From: Octopus bimaculoides
Taxonomy: Eukaryota
Assembly (NCBI RefSeq): GCF_001194135.2
Contig: NC_068987.1
Location: 16,297,738 to 16,350,260 of the forward strand
Length of the DNA: 52,523 nt
Direction of reading: 5' to 3'
Shown here in pieces: positions 50,334 through 52,523 of the stretch (the stretch's first letter is position 1; each line of letters begins with the position of its first letter). The notes beneath the pieces are model-generated. The model was not told the origin of the DNA. It saw only the letters and a list, made by a program, of their open reading frames with translations, and made no database searches. The position numbers were made by a program, and so were the translations under genes.

Positions 50334-50649
50334 AATAATAATAATAATGATAATAATGATAATGATAATAATAATAATCAGAAGATGAAGGTTAGTCAGA
50401 AGAAATTAAGGAATTGTTCCTAAGCTTATTTATGCACAGGTACAGAAAGTCTTCAAATTTTCTAACGGAATGAAATGAAATAAAATATTATATTACGTCA
50501 TAACATTTAAGAATTACAAGTATTCTCAAGCGCTACACAAATTCTTAAAACGGGCCGGCGTCAATATATATATATCTTTAATTTAATTTAATTTAATTTA
50601 TTTCCCTTCATTGCCTTCCATTACACTTTTTTCCAAGGAAAATTTGAAT

Positions 50650-50990
50650 TTTACTTGTTTCAGTCATTTGACTGCGGCCATGCTGGAGCACCGCCTCAAA
50701 GGGTTTTAGTCGAAAAAAATCGAACCCGGCACGTACTCTTTGTAAGCCTAGTACTTATTCTATCGATCTCTTTTACCGAACCACTACGGGGGAATAAACA
50801 CACCAGCATCAGTTGTCAAGCGATGACGGGGGACATATATAGACATACACGTACACACACACACACACATTCGACGGACTTCTTTCAGTTTCCGTCCACC
50901 AAATCGATTCACAAGACTGTGGTTGGCGCGGGGCTATAGTAGAAGACACTTGCCCAAGGTATCACGCAGTGGGACTGAATCCGGAACCAT
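50650..50990 (-). mobile_element. Family-B SINE, 5'-truncated at a palindrome
   Basis: Tail and body intact; ends at CCGGAACCAT. Confidence 0.8.
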
Positions 50991-50992
50991 AT

Positions 50993-51053
50993 AAAATTTT
51001 CAGATTGAGATAAAAATCCAAGGCTTGGATTTTTATCTCATTCTGAAAATTTT
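50993..51053. repeat. 61-bp near-perfect palindrome
   Basis: AAAATTTTCAGATTGAGATAAAAATCCAAG-G-CTTGGATTTTTATCTCATTCTGAAAATTTT, one mismatch. Confidence 0.9.
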
Positions 51054-51210
51054 TTTATATATACACATGCTGATATATGACCTACGTTGGACTCCTCATT
51101 CGCATAATCATCGAACCTGGAGCTTAACTATAGTCTGTCCATAGTATTTACTCAGCATTACCTGACACCTTGGGTCTTATTGACACCATTACCTCTCATA
51201 ACATCTCCCC

Positions 51211-51247
<37 letters not shown>

Positions 51248-51259
51248 TTTTTATTTATG

Positions 51260-51450
51260 ATTGACCGTTGACTGAACACTATTCAATTTTTTTTCTCCGT
51301 GTTTTTCTCCTTGTCTCCGTATTCTTTCTGTTGAAGAGCGTAGCTCGAAACGTCAAAGACTTTCCGTATTCCCGAGCGTCATACTAATATATACTTTTGT
51401 TATTTACACCACCTGTCCTCGTCTGTTGTTATTATTTGTATATTCTCCCA
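51260..51450 (+). mobile_element. Penelope-like pLTR fragment with hammerhead-like motif at 51323-51359
   Basis: TCTTT-CTGTTGAA-GAGC(GTA)GCTC-GAAAC-GTC-AAAGA; stem I TCTTT/AAAGA, palindromic ACGT stem III. Confidence 0.6.
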
Positions 51451-52078
51451 TATATATTTATTTATATACTGAAAGAACAAAATAGAAACAAACGCATATT
51501 CTTACGATGAATAGACATGTTTATATAATAAATAAAAAAAACACAACAACCCTGATATTCTGGAGAAATGTGATCAATCGAAGACTAGTGTGTTAAGTAC
51601 ACAATATAAATGATTTTAATAGGAAAATACAAAAGCTGATAAACTAGAGTAAACATGGAAGCCATCTTAATACAAAATACATAGCCCGTATGATGACATT
51701 CTTTCATAATTTATTATATGGAAAGAATACAGAGATAATATGTCTTTCTATGTATATACATTGACATGAACATGGACGTATAAGAGTATACGAAGAGGAT
51801 ACACAAAAATGTGTATGTATAAATAAATAAATATATGAATAAATGAATGAATAAATAAATAAATAAATAGAGATGGTTACTCGACGAAAACAAATATGTC
51901 AAGGGATTGTTCAATGCTTGTTTGTATTTCTTATTTGTTTGTTTATTTATGATTTCAGTTATGTTTGTACAAACACATACGTATAAAACGTATAAACATA
52001 ATGCACCCACATCCAGATCCAGACACGCATATGGGTGCGTATATGCGTTTGTGTGCGTGCATGATTTTGTGTGTGTGC

Positions 52079-52119
<41 letters not shown>

Positions 52120-52410
52120 CATACACACACCCAGATATATATAAACATATATATATATATATATATATATGTATATGTATATGAATATGAATGTGTGTGT
52201 ATGTATGCATATATTTATATAACTCATGCATATACACAGATACATACACAAACATTCATGAACGAATATGTAATTATATGATACATACATACATACACAT
52301 TTCTTCATGTTTCTGAGTTGTTATGAGTTTAAATCAAAATATTAATTATTCATATCTGAATATATAAATATACCTGAACTTATTGATAAATTTTCGAATA
52401 TATCTTTGCA

Positions 52411-52523
52411 TGTCTAGTATGTATGTCGCTCTTATGTATCTTTGTCTAGTATGTATGTCGCTCTTATGTATCTTTGTCTAGTATGTATGTCGCTCTTATG
52501 TATCTTTGTCTAGTATGTATGTC
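52411..52523. repeat. 32-bp minisatellite, at least 3.5 copies, runs off the window
   Basis: Unit TGTCTAGTATGTATGTCGCTCTTATGTATCTT. Confidence 0.95.

Overview
AT-rich, microsatellite-dense, gapped eukaryotic genomic DNA. The repeat families resemble those of Octopus-type cephalopods (inference). About 9% is N in 13 gaps, and almost every ORF in the supplied track is a microsatellite or gap artefact. Reading splice signals directly recovers a minus-strand gene of small phase-compatible exons from at least 41848 down to a poly(A) signal at about 12775. It encodes the C-terminal part of a type I membrane protein with two compact EGF-like modules, a transmembrane helix and a Tyr-rich tail: ...GCSCKNNGTCNRSNNRKVCRCPATFSGDKCEIKLH(V)ANRCSCQNNGTCQLNNGKVTCECPTWFLGEKCEVNGKLLVIILCSTLGGLLFLTLLICILCIFVYRRKTKKRNNKTANARQLSTSES..DRRRWSFVSDPVRYPEDLNPSFQSSTLPLRPAYQQDKWRSYYPAPRSVAY*. 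Both EGF modules are split by a phase-2 intron between Cys4 and Cys5. The rest of the window holds three tRNA-derived SINE families, decayed Tc1/mariner, CR1-like and R4/Dong-like fragments, several MITEs, a truncated U2 snRNA copy and several hammerhead-ribozyme-like motifs. One hammerhead-like fold lies inside a short element bounded by terminal inverted repeats. Repeat coordinates are approximate and hand-read.
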